DNA of 35,645 nucleotides from Gammaproteobacteria bacterium (GTDB taxonomy: Bacteria > Pseudomonadota > Gammaproteobacteria > Thiohalomonadales > Thiohalomonadaceae). The notes beneath the pieces are model-generated. The model searched no databases. It had not been told where the DNA came from and worked only from the letters and a program-made list of their open reading frames with translations. The stretch covers positions 1 to 35,645 of the forward strand of contig JAPHSO010000024.1 in assembly GCA_026193675.1 (NCBI GenBank). Direction: 5' to 3'. Numbering within the stretch: the first letter of the stretch is position 1; each line of letters starts with the position of its first letter. A program made the translations under genes and the position numbers. Below, one piece after another: positions 19,966 through 27,478 of the stretch.

Positions 19966-21117
19966 GTGGAGTCACTGCCACCACTTTCGCTCTATATCCA
20001 CTATCCATGGTGTCTCCGTAAGTGTCCCTATTGCGACTTTAATTCTCACACCCTGAAACAGGAGAGTTCACAGCAACGCTATCTCCAAGCGTTGATCGAT
20101 GATCTCTCTGCAGATCTTCCCGCTGTTTGGGGACGCCCAATTGAGTCGATCTTCTTTGGTGGCGGAACCCCAAGTTTGATTGAGCCAGAGCTGCTCGCCG
20201 ATTTCATTTCACAACTACGTGCCCTGCTCAATCTGAAAGCTGATACCGAGATCACGCTTGAGGCCAATCCTGGTACAGCTGAACAGCAGCGCTTTCATGC
20301 CTTTCGTGATGCCGGAATTAATCGTCTTTCGATCGGCATTCAGAGCTTTGAGGATCACAAGCTCACTGCACTGGGCAGGATCCACAGTGGTCAGGAGGCG
20401 GTCGAGGCGGTGGAGATGGCCCGACAGGCGGGATTCAATTCAATTAATCTCGACCTGATGTTTGGACTGCCCGGACAATCTCTTGATGAAGCGGCCAATG
20501 ATCTGACTCAGGCAATATCGCTAAAACCTGATCACATCTCCTACTATCAGCTGACCATTGAGCCCAATACGGTATTTGCCCATGCCCCCCCAGTCTGTCC
20601 GGATGACGATGCGCTCTGGCAGATGCAGCAGCAGGGCATAGAGAAACTCGCCAACAGTGGCTTTATACGTTACGAAGTGTCGGCCTATGCCCAGGAGGGA
20701 GAGCAGTGTCGCCACAATCTGAACTACTGGCACTTTGGGGACTACCTCGGTATCGGTGCCGGCGCGCATGGCAAAATCAGTTCACCGCAACCATTCAGGG
20801 TTGAACGTTTATGGAAACAGCGTCATCCTGATGAGTACATTGGGAGCTCTCAAGGTGCTCAAAGAGTCTCTGGTCGTCGCAGCCTTTCCAGGGAAGATAT
20901 GATTCTGGAGTTTATGATGAATACCCTGCGCCTGAACGATGGTTTCGATGAGTCTCTGTTTGAGTTACACACCGGCCTGTCGCTGGATGAGATCTCCAGG
21001 CCGCTCGCATCAGCGATTGAGAAGGGGATGATCAGGCGTGATGGTGGTAGGATAATCCCAACAGATCGCGGTATCGATTATCTCAACGATCTACTGCAGC
21101 TCTTTGCCGGAGATTGA
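19966..21117 (+). CDS. hemW: radical SAM heme chaperone HemW (HemN-like, oxygen-independent coproporphyrinogen oxidase family)
   Basis: 383 aa with a GTG start. The radical-SAM cluster motif is YIHYPWCLRKCPYCDF, followed by FFGGGTPS. Confidence 0.9.
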   Translation: MESLPPLSLYIHYPWCLRKCPYCDFNSHTLKQESSQQRYLQALIDDLSADLPAVWGRPIESIFFGGGTPSLIEPELLADFISQLRALLNLKADTEITLEANPGTAEQQRFHAFRDAGINRLSIGIQSFEDHKLTALGRIHSGQEAVEAVEMARQAGFNSINLDLMFGLPGQSLDEAANDLTQAISLKPDHISYYQLTIEPNTVFAHAPPVCPDDDALWQMQQQGIEKLANSGFIRYEVSAYAQEGEQCRHNLNYWHFGDYLGIGAGAHGKISSPQPFRVERLWKQRHPDEYIGSSQGAQRVSGRRSLSREDMILEFMMNTLRLNDGFDESLFELHTGLSLDEISRPLASAIEKGMIRRDGGRIIPTDRGIDYLNDLLQLFAGD

Positions 21118-21202
21118 TCTCCACCACTCTCTGATGGGTCTGAGCTGAGCAGTTGTCGAGTAGATACCCTTTATTAAATCACCTGTTTTTGGGGCTCATT
21201 AA

Positions 21203-21418
21203 ATGTCAGAAGGTCTGATTGTTTCGGTCATTATCAACTTCCTGGTTGCGTTTTATATGATCTATATCTTTCCCCGCAACCTGGCGAAGAAACTGCCACA
21301 GATGCCACCCGCCTTTAAATTTTTGCACCGTGCAGTGCCAATATTTGGCAAGCTCATTATTGTGGTGACGCTCTTTCTTATCGCCTGGGAGCTGCTTGAG
21401 CAGGAGCCATTTCTGTAG
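21203..21418 (+). CDS. hypothetical small membrane protein with two predicted TM helices
   Basis: 71 aa with two hydrophobic stretches (LIVSVIINFLVAFYMIYIF and IFGKLIIVVTLFLIAWELL). Its TAG stop overlaps the GTG start of mak by 1 nt (TAGTG). I recognised no SD and no family. Confidence 0.45.
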   Translation: MSEGLIVSVIINFLVAFYMIYIFPRNLAKKLPQMPPAFKFLHRAVPIFGKLIIVVTLFLIAWELLEQEPFL

Positions 21419-22335
21419 TGGCTGAGGCGGTGCGGATTGGGATCGATCTGGGGGGGACCAAAATTGAGGCCATTGCCCTCAATTCCGATGGTGAGGAGCT
21501 CTTCCGTCGGCGTATCCCAACACCACAGGGAGATTATCGAGCCACAGTGTCGGCTGTGGTGGCGCTGGTTACTGAGGTCGAAACTGAACTTGGGTTAGAG
21601 GGTGAGAGTCGAGTTGGGATCGGTATTCCAGGTACGATCTCTTCAGCCTCTGGATTGGTTAAAAATGCCAACTCCACCTGTCTGATTGGAGAGCCGTTAC
21701 AGCAGGATCTGGAGCGTGAGCTTTCACGCCAGCTAACCATCACCAATGATGCCAACTGTTTTGCAATGTCGGAGGCGACCGATGGTGCCGCGGCGGGCAA
21801 GTCAGCAGTTTTTGGGGTGATTCTGGGAACAGGTGTGGGTGGCGGTATTGTCGTCAATGGCCAGGTGTTGACCGGCCTCAACGCCATCGCCGGAGAGTGG
21901 GGGCATAATCCACTGCCATGGCCGAGCGGTATCGAAGTGGATGATAACTATATTCCTGACTGCTATTGTGGGCGCTCTGGTTGTATCGAGAGCTATCTAT
22001 CGGGACCTGCACTTGTTCGGGATTTTCAGCGGGTGGGTGGTTACTCTGGATGGGATGTTGAACAAATTGTAGTTGCAGCTCAGGAGGGCAACGAGTTGGC
22101 AGAATCGACACTGCAACGCTATGAAGAGCGTCTTGCGAGAGGATTGGCGAGTGTGATCAACATTCTTGACCCCGATGTGGTTGTGCTTGGGGGGGGACTC
22201 TCCAATATCCAGCGACTCTACCAAAATGTGCCCCAAATCTGGGCTCGATATATCTTCTCCGATCAAGTCGATACTCTGCTGGTTGCCCCAAAGTTTGGAG
22301 ACTCTAGTGGGGTACGGGGTGCGGCATGGTTATGA
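21418..22335 (+). CDS. mak: ROK-family sugar kinase, closest by recall to E. coli Mak/YajF manno(fructo)kinase
   Basis: 305 aa containing RIGIDLGGTKIEAIAL, GLVKNANSTCL, NDANCFAMSEATDGAAAG, GEWGHNPLPW, the Zn motif CYCGRSGCIESYLSG, and C-terminal FGDSSGVRGAAWL. It aligns nearly collinearly with E. coli Mak. Confidence 0.85.
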   Translation: MAEAVRIGIDLGGTKIEAIALNSDGEELFRRRIPTPQGDYRATVSAVVALVTEVETELGLEGESRVGIGIPGTISSASGLVKNANSTCLIGEPLQQDLERELSRQLTITNDANCFAMSEATDGAAAGKSAVFGVILGTGVGGGIVVNGQVLTGLNAIAGEWGHNPLPWPSGIEVDDNYIPDCYCGRSGCIESYLSGPALVRDFQRVGGYSGWDVEQIVVAAQEGNELAESTLQRYEERLARGLASVINILDPDVVVLGGGLSNIQRLYQNVPQIWARYIFSDQVDTLLVAPKFGDSSGVRGAAWL

Positions 22336-23411
22336 GAGTTTTTCTGAAGATAGTGATGCTCTCAATGCTGTTAGGGGTGAGCGCAGCCACTCATGCCTCT
22401 TTTGATCTAGAGGATGCCTACGATCCTGCTCTCGACAAGGCGTTTAGCGATGACTTTGCCCCAGCGTTTGATGACCAGCCCGACATCAGTTTTCGTGACG
22501 ATCATCCCTCCTGGTTTATGGATACCTTTCTGGAATTGGAGGATGATCTCAATACCGCAGTGAGATTTAAAAAGCGGGGACTGATGCTCTATTTTGGGCA
22601 GGTCGCCTGTGCCTACTGTAAAGCGCTTATGGAGCGTAATTTTGGTAAACGCGAGATTGCACTCTATACCCGCAAACACTTTGATGCGATCGCCATCAAT
22701 ATTCATGGTGAAAAGAGTGTGACCGACTTTGATGGGGTGGAATACACCGAGCGCAGCTTCTCAGAGAAGTTGGGGGTTAACTTTACGCCGACCCTCATTT
22801 TTTATGATGAAACCGGCAAGCAGGTGTTTCGCCTTAATGGCTATCAGCCCCCCTATAAGTTTCAGGCGATTCTGGAGTATGTGGCAGATGCCCATTATCG
22901 AGACGAGAGCCTGCATGACTACATGGCGCGAGGTGAACAGGGGGTCGACTTTGAAGAGGGGGCACTCAATGAGGCCGACTTCTTCTCTCCCCCGCCCCAT
23001 GCATTTGATCGCACCCGTTTTTCCGCGTCGAGACCTTTGGCCATCTTCTTTGAAGAGGGCAAGTGTCATGCCTGTGATGTGTTGCACTCCAACCCCCTGG
23101 CCAATGAGACGATACTCAAGCAGTTAGAAGGATTTGATACCGCTCAGCTCAATATTCATGACACCACACCACTGCTGACCCCCACAGGTCAGCGGACTAC
23201 GGTGAGAGATTGGGTGCGTGAGCTGGGACTTTTCTATGCCCCCACCATCATCTTCTTTGATGAACATGGACAAGAGATCATTCGAATCGATTCTGTGGTC
23301 GGCTTCCGACGTCTGCGAGGTGTTCTCTCCTATATTCAGAGTGGTACCTACCGAAGGGGTGCCTCCTTCCAGAAATATCGTCGTGATGAATGGCTAAAAA
23401 GTTTGAAATAG
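22332..23411 (+). CDS. secreted protein with two tandem thioredoxin-fold domains, each carrying a CxxC motif
   Basis: The signal peptide is MRVFLKIVMLSMLLGVSAATHA. Domain 1 reads LMLYFGQVACAYCKAL...TPTLIFYDETGKQVFRLNGY (CAYC at 22608..22619). Domain 2 reads LAIFFEEGKCHACDVL...APTIIFFDEHGQEIIRID (CHAC at 23064..23075). The start is either ATG 22326 or, as preferred here, ATG 22332, which forms an ATGA overlap with the mak stop. Confidence 0.7.
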   Translation: MRVFLKIVMLSMLLGVSAATHASFDLEDAYDPALDKAFSDDFAPAFDDQPDISFRDDHPSWFMDTFLELEDDLNTAVRFKKRGLMLYFGQVACAYCKALMERNFGKREIALYTRKHFDAIAINIHGEKSVTDFDGVEYTERSFSEKLGVNFTPTLIFYDETGKQVFRLNGYQPPYKFQAILEYVADAHYRDESLHDYMARGEQGVDFEEGALNEADFFSPPPHAFDRTRFSASRPLAIFFEEGKCHACDVLHSNPLANETILKQLEGFDTAQLNIHDTTPLLTPTGQRTTVRDWVRELGLFYAPTIIFFDEHGQEIIRIDSVVGFRRLRGVLSYIQSGTYRRGASFQKYRRDEWLKSLK

Positions 23412-24187
23412 CGGCACTGGTCGAGTTGATGGCCCGCCTGCGTGATCCCAATGGCGGCTGCCCCTGGGATCTGGAGCAGAATTTTGCCAGCGTTGCCCCA
23501 TACACCATAGAAGAGGCCTATGAGGTGGCCGATGCTATTGAGCGTGGTGAGTTGGATGAGCTCAAGGGGGAGTTGGGAGACCTGCTGTTTCAGGTGGTCT
23601 TTCATGCGCGCATGGCTGAAGAGGAGGGGCTCTTCAACTTTGATGATGTGGTTGAAGCTGTGGTGACCAAGATGACTCGCCGTCATCCTCATGTCTTCGG
23701 TGATGAGTGTGTCGCCGATGTGGCTGAACAGAGTGAGGCTTGGGAGCGGCTTAAGCGTGAAGAGCAGGCCACCAAAATCTCGGCCAAATTGCAGCCATCT
23801 CTACTGGATGGTGTTACCCGCGCCTTGCCGGCTATAAGCCGGGCGGAAAAATTGCAACGACGAGCGGCACGAGTCAATTTTGACTGGCCTGACAGCGAAG
23901 GGGTGGTCGCTAAAATCGAAGAGGAGTTGGTAGAGCTGCAAGAGGCGATGGTCGCTGGAGATCATGACCTAATGATCGAAGAGCTTGGTGACCTGCTCTT
24001 TAGCTGCACCAATCTGGCCCGTCATCTCAACATCGATGGCGAACAGGCGCTGCGCAGGAGTAATGGGAAATTTGAGGCCCGATTTCGAGCGATGGAGTTA
24101 TTGGTTCAATCCGAGAGCAGATCTCTGGATGACTGCTCAGTGTTGGAGCTGGATCAGTTGTGGCAAAAGGTGAAGCGGGAGGGATAA
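23390..24187 (+). CDS. mazG: nucleoside triphosphate pyrophosphohydrolase MazG
   Basis: 265 aa containing LRDPNGGCPWDLEQNFASVAPYTIEEAYEVADAIE...ELGDLLFQVVFHA plus a second MazG repeat EELGDLLFSCTNLARHL. It overlaps the upstream gene by 22 nt. Confidence 0.92.
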   Translation: MAKKFEIAALVELMARLRDPNGGCPWDLEQNFASVAPYTIEEAYEVADAIERGELDELKGELGDLLFQVVFHARMAEEEGLFNFDDVVEAVVTKMTRRHPHVFGDECVADVAEQSEAWERLKREEQATKISAKLQPSLLDGVTRALPAISRAEKLQRRAARVNFDWPDSEGVVAKIEEELVELQEAMVAGDHDLMIEELGDLLFSCTNLARHLNIDGEQALRRSNGKFEARFRAMELLVQSESRSLDDCSVLELDQLWQKVKREG

Positions 24188-24229
24188 AAAAAAGCCGGCC
24201 CATCACCTTCATGGTGGGCCGGCTTTTTT
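24186..24229. terminator. bidirectional Rho-independent terminator shared by mazG (+) and the propeller lipoprotein gene (-)
   Basis: An A-run precedes AGCCGGCCCA (24193..24202), a loop, and TGGGCCGGCT (24215..24224), followed by TTTTTT. The GC-rich 10-bp stem is flanked by A- and T-tracts. Confidence 0.8.
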
Positions 24230-24240
24230 AGATAGTCGCT

Positions 24241-25329
24241 TTAGAGACCGGTACCGGCGTAAAGCGAACCATCCTGACTGGTAAAGAAGATCGCATCTTC
24301 GTGCAGTACAGGTGATGAGCTAACGGCGCCATTGGTTTTAAAACTCCACTGCTTAAGACCACTATCTGCCTGTATCGCATAGAGCTGTTTATCAAAACTG
24401 CCGACATAGATCAGGTCGTTAGAGACGACAGGGGCGCTGACGACCCAGTCCTTGGTCTTGAATTTCCACAGGGTGTGATGGGTATTGGTCGATAGCGCGT
24501 AGAGCTTGCCATCATTACTACCGATATAGACCGCATTGCTGGTTACAGCGGGTGAGCTGTAGATAGGGCCTTCGGTGATATAGCGCCACTGTTGTTGTCC
24601 CGTCTTTCTGTCGACAGCATAAAGCGCTTTGTCGTGGCTACCAAAATAGACGGTGCTTCCAGTTACCGCGGGTGAGCCATGGATTGCACCCTTGGCCTTA
24701 AAACTCCATCTCTCGGCACCTCCTGTAGCGGTCAGGGCATAGAGAGTGCCATTTTCTGAACCGAAAAAGACCATATCTTCATAAACGGCGGGTGATGAGT
24801 AGATGGCGTCACCGGCCTCAAAGCGCCACTGCTCACGGCCGCTTTTTGCGTTGTAGGCGTAGAAATTACCCTTCACAGTACCGAAGTAGATCAGGCCGTT
24901 AACGAGTGCGGGTGATGTGGTTACTGCGCCAGAGACACGGGTTTTCCAAACCTCCTGACCTGTTTCGGTATTGACCGCATAGAAGCGACCATCATGGCTA
25001 CCCACATAGGCGACCTTCTCGGAAACTGCTGGAGCACCACTAATCATGCCACCGGTTTTAAAGCGCCACTGCTCACGGCCACTCTTCAGATCGATCGCGT
25101 ATAGATATCCGCTTTTATTACCGAAATAGAGACTCTTCTCAGAGATGGTGGGTGAGGTTTTGATCGACGCTTTACTATTAAATTTCCAGTTTAGATTTCT
25201 GAACTGGTTTACACCTTGCGACTCATAGACACCAGCCAGAGATGGGCCGGCACGATACATATCGACTTTTGGCGCGCCACAGGCCGTTAAGATTGCGACA
25301 AGTGCGGGAAATAGAATTAGTTTTTTCAC
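24241..25329 (-). CDS. PQQ-like (BamB-like) eight-bladed beta-propeller lipoprotein
   Basis: It carries repeated ~40-aa blades of the form S(P)AV....VYFGS.DG.LYA.....G...W.FKT. I moved the start to GTG 25329, which has AAGGAGG 6 nt upstream and gives VKKLILFPALVAILTAC with lipobox LTAC. The 17 codons the ORF track adds upstream lack an SD. Confidence 0.8.
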   Translation of the reverse strand: MKKLILFPALVAILTACGAPKVDMYRAGPSLAGVYESQGVNQFRNLNWKFNSKASIKTSPTISEKSLYFGNKSGYLYAIDLKSGREQWRFKTGGMISGAPAVSEKVAYVGSHDGRFYAVNTETGQEVWKTRVSGAVTTSPALVNGLIYFGTVKGNFYAYNAKSGREQWRFEAGDAIYSSPAVYEDMVFFGSENGTLYALTATGGAERWSFKAKGAIHGSPAVTGSTVYFGSHDKALYAVDRKTGQQQWRYITEGPIYSSPAVTSNAVYIGSNDGKLYALSTNTHHTLWKFKTKDWVVSAPVVSNDLIYVGSFDKQLYAIQADSGLKQWSFKTNGAVSSSPVLHEDAIFFTSQDGSLYAGTGL

Positions 25330-25415
25330 AGTGAACCTCCTTAAGTTGCAATTATTGTAGCGGAAAATTGGTTGGGGCATAGAATGTTTTGGAATGATTC
25401 TACGGAGACCATTTT

Positions 25416-25463
25416 TGCACCATTAGTGATCATTTCTGAGTTAGCCTGCACCATGAAGGTGCG
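25416..25463 (+). promoter_or_regulatory. putative NtrC (NRI) enhancer sites upstream of amtB
   Basis: TGCACCATGAAGGTGCG (25447..25463) matches the NtrC consensus TGCACC-N5-GGTGCA at 11 of 12 positions. A weaker site, TGCACCATTAGTGATCA (25416..25432), has a perfect left half. The sites lie about 65-110 nt upstream of the sigma54-like promoter. Confidence 0.55.
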
Positions 25464-25526
25464 AATTGTTCGTCGTTTACCACTAAGTTCCCAATAAACA
25501 TAAAGGACTGGAGCGTAGCACTATGT

Positions 25527-25542
25527 TGGTGCGATTTTTGCT
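25527..25542 (+). promoter_or_regulatory. sigma54 (RpoN) -24/-12 promoter of amtB
   Basis: TGGTGCGATTTTTGCT compares with the consensus TGGCAC-N5-TTGCW. GG is at 25528-29 and GC at 25540-41 with the correct 12-nt register. The element is about 40 nt upstream of ATG 25580. Confidence 0.6.
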
Positions 25543-25579
25543 GTCCAGTTGGCATTTAAATCTTTTATTGGGAGTATCC

Positions 25580-26776
25580 ATGGAAAACGCTAGCGGTATT
25601 GATACCCTGTTTGTCCTTTTAGGGGCCATTATGGTTTTGGCCATGCATGCAGGTTTTGCCTTTTTAGAGGTTGGCACAGTACGTAAGAAGAATCAGGTCA
25701 ATGCGCTGGTGAAGATCTTCTCAGACTTTGCGGTCTCAACGATTGCCTACTTCTTTATCGGATATTGGGTCGCCTACGGTATCGATTTCTTTGCCGATGC
25801 CAATACTCTGATCAGCATGAATGGCTCGGGTAATGGCTATGAATTGGTTAAATTTTTCTTCCTGCTCACTTTTGCTGCAGCGATTCCTGCAATTATCTCG
25901 GGGGGTATTGCGGAGCGTGCCAAGTTCTATCCTCAGTTATTGGCGACATTTATTCTGGTCGCGGCGCTCTATCCATTTTTTGAGGGGATTGTCTGGGGTG
26001 GTAATTTCGGTATTCAGGCGTGGCTTGAATCGACCTTTGGTGCACCATTTAATGACTTTGCCGGGTCGGTAGTTGTTCACGCCTTTGGTGGCTGGCTTGC
26101 TCTTGGGGCGGTGGTTGTATTGGGACATCGTCGGGGGCGTTACGGTAAAAATGGTGAAATGTTTGCCCATCCTCCTTCAAATATCCCCTTTCTGGCTCTA
26201 GGAGCATGGATCCTGACCGTCGGATGGTTTGGTTTTAACGTGATGTCGGCACAAAGTGTTGAGGGAATATCCGGTCTGGTGGCGGTCAACTCGTTGATGG
26301 CTATGGTCGGCGGTCTGCTTGCCGCTCTGGTAGCAGGCAAGAATGACCCTGGATTTGTTCACAATGGTCCTCTGGCCGGTCTGGTAGCGGTCTGTGCCGG
26401 CTCGAGTGTGATGCACCCTCTTGGCGCATTGGCGACAGGGGCGATTGCTGGTGCACTGTTTGTCTGGACCTTTACCCTGGCGCAGAACAAGTGGAAGATT
26501 GATGATGTGCTTGGAGTCTGGCCACTACATGGTCTGTGTGGTGCCTGGGGAGGAATCGCAGCGGGTATCTTTGGACTCAAGGCTCTTGGTGGTATGGGTG
26601 GTGTCGCCTTTATGAGCCAGCTGATTGGAACCCTGATGGGTGTGGGTATAGCACTTGTCGGTGGCTTTGTCGTCTATGGCGCACTGAAAAACATGTTGGG
26701 TATTCGCCTCTCAGAAGAGGATGAGTTTCAGGGTGCCGACCTGGCGATACATAAGATTGCATCACACTATGAATAG
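25580..26776 (+). CDS. amtB: ammonium transporter (Amt family)
   Basis: It contains Amt motifs AMHAGFAFLEVG, the twin histidines VVHAFGGWLALG and WPLHGLCGAWGG, and about 11 TM helices. I moved the start from 25523 to ATG 25580, which has GGAG 6 nt upstream, because the sigma54 promoter lies inside the longer ORF. Confidence 0.9.
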   Translation: MENASGIDTLFVLLGAIMVLAMHAGFAFLEVGTVRKKNQVNALVKIFSDFAVSTIAYFFIGYWVAYGIDFFADANTLISMNGSGNGYELVKFFFLLTFAAAIPAIISGGIAERAKFYPQLLATFILVAALYPFFEGIVWGGNFGIQAWLESTFGAPFNDFAGSVVVHAFGGWLALGAVVVLGHRRGRYGKNGEMFAHPPSNIPFLALGAWILTVGWFGFNVMSAQSVEGISGLVAVNSLMAMVGGLLAALVAGKNDPGFVHNGPLAGLVAVCAGSSVMHPLGALATGAIAGALFVWTFTLAQNKWKIDDVLGVWPLHGLCGAWGGIAAGIFGLKALGGMGGVAFMSQLIGTLMGVGIALVGGFVVYGALKNMLGIRLSEEDEFQGADLAIHKIASHYE

Positions 26777-26794
26777 CTAATTTAGAGTCTTTAA

Positions 26795-26835
26795 GAAAAA
26801 ACGGTCCGGGTGCATCTCACTCTGTCCGTTTTTTT
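26795..26835. terminator. possible bidirectional terminator between amtB and the convergent cNMP-domain gene
   Basis: AAAAAACGG ... CCGTTTTTTT encloses an imperfect 21-nt interior. The stem is weak and AT-rich, so this is tentative. Confidence 0.35.
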
Positions 26836-26843
26836 ATGTGAAT

Positions 26844-27386
26844 TTATAGGTAATCGACAAGTTTTCCGCTGGTCTGTCTGAGGCGGTGACTCAAAAGTTG
26901 AGCAATCTTCAAGATGAGTCGGTTTGCTGTTTTGGGATAGGTTCTGGAGAGAGCATTGAGTCGATCCCGTGTCAGCACCAGTAGTGTCGATTTGGTTAGC
27001 GTCACCACTGAAGCGGAGTGGGGTTGGCCATCGATCAGTGACATCTCTCCAATGGTTCTTCCCGGTAAGATGGTTGCCAGTCTGGTTGGGGCTGTATCGT
27101 AGGCACCCTTCTCTTTATTGACGGCCAGCTTGCCCTGGGTAAGCAGGCACATAAAGGGATCAAAGTGTCCCTCCTTGAGTAACATGGTATCGGGCTCGGC
27201 CACATAGGCGAGAAAATGCTCCGCGATCAATTCAATATCATTGCGCTCCATCTGATTAAACATGGCACAAGCCTCAAGCATCTCACACACCTCAGAATTA
27301 AAGGAGGGGCCGTACCCTAGCAGCTCAAGGTTGTTGAGTAGTGAATCGGGATCGGTTACTGCCGGTTTGCTGGGGGATTCAGGCAT
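26844..27386 (-). CDS. stand-alone cyclic-nucleotide-binding (CAP_ED-like) domain protein
   Basis: It has the beta-roll signature LLKEGHFDPFMCLLTQGKLAV...GRTIGEMSLIDGQPHSASVVT followed by a C-helix. The start is uncertain: ATG 27386 (used here) or TTG 27428 (ORF track). Neither has a clear SD. Confidence 0.7.
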   Translation of the reverse strand: MPESPSKPAVTDPDSLLNNLELLGYGPSFNSEVCEMLEACAMFNQMERNDIELIAEHFLAYVAEPDTMLLKEGHFDPFMCLLTQGKLAVNKEKGAYDTAPTRLATILPGRTIGEMSLIDGQPHSASVVTLTKSTLLVLTRDRLNALSRTYPKTANRLILKIAQLLSHRLRQTSGKLVDYL

Positions 27387-27478
27387 GAAGAGGTTAGGTT
27401 TGATAAAAGAGAGAAATATTGTGCTCAATCTACAATAAATTGATCGGGGTTGGTAGGTGATTTGTTACCATAGTTCAG

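Noticed and set aside
25330-25380. 17-codon N-terminal extension of the propeller lipoprotein
   Set aside because: AAGGAGG lies immediately upstream of GTG 25329. The signal peptide and lipobox start there, and the extension (MPQPIFRYNNCNLRRFT) is not signal-like.
27429-27478. LexA (SOS) box upstream of uvrD
   Set aside because: No CTGT-N8-ACAG-type palindrome is present in the 50-nt upstream region, so SOS control cannot be claimed from sequence.
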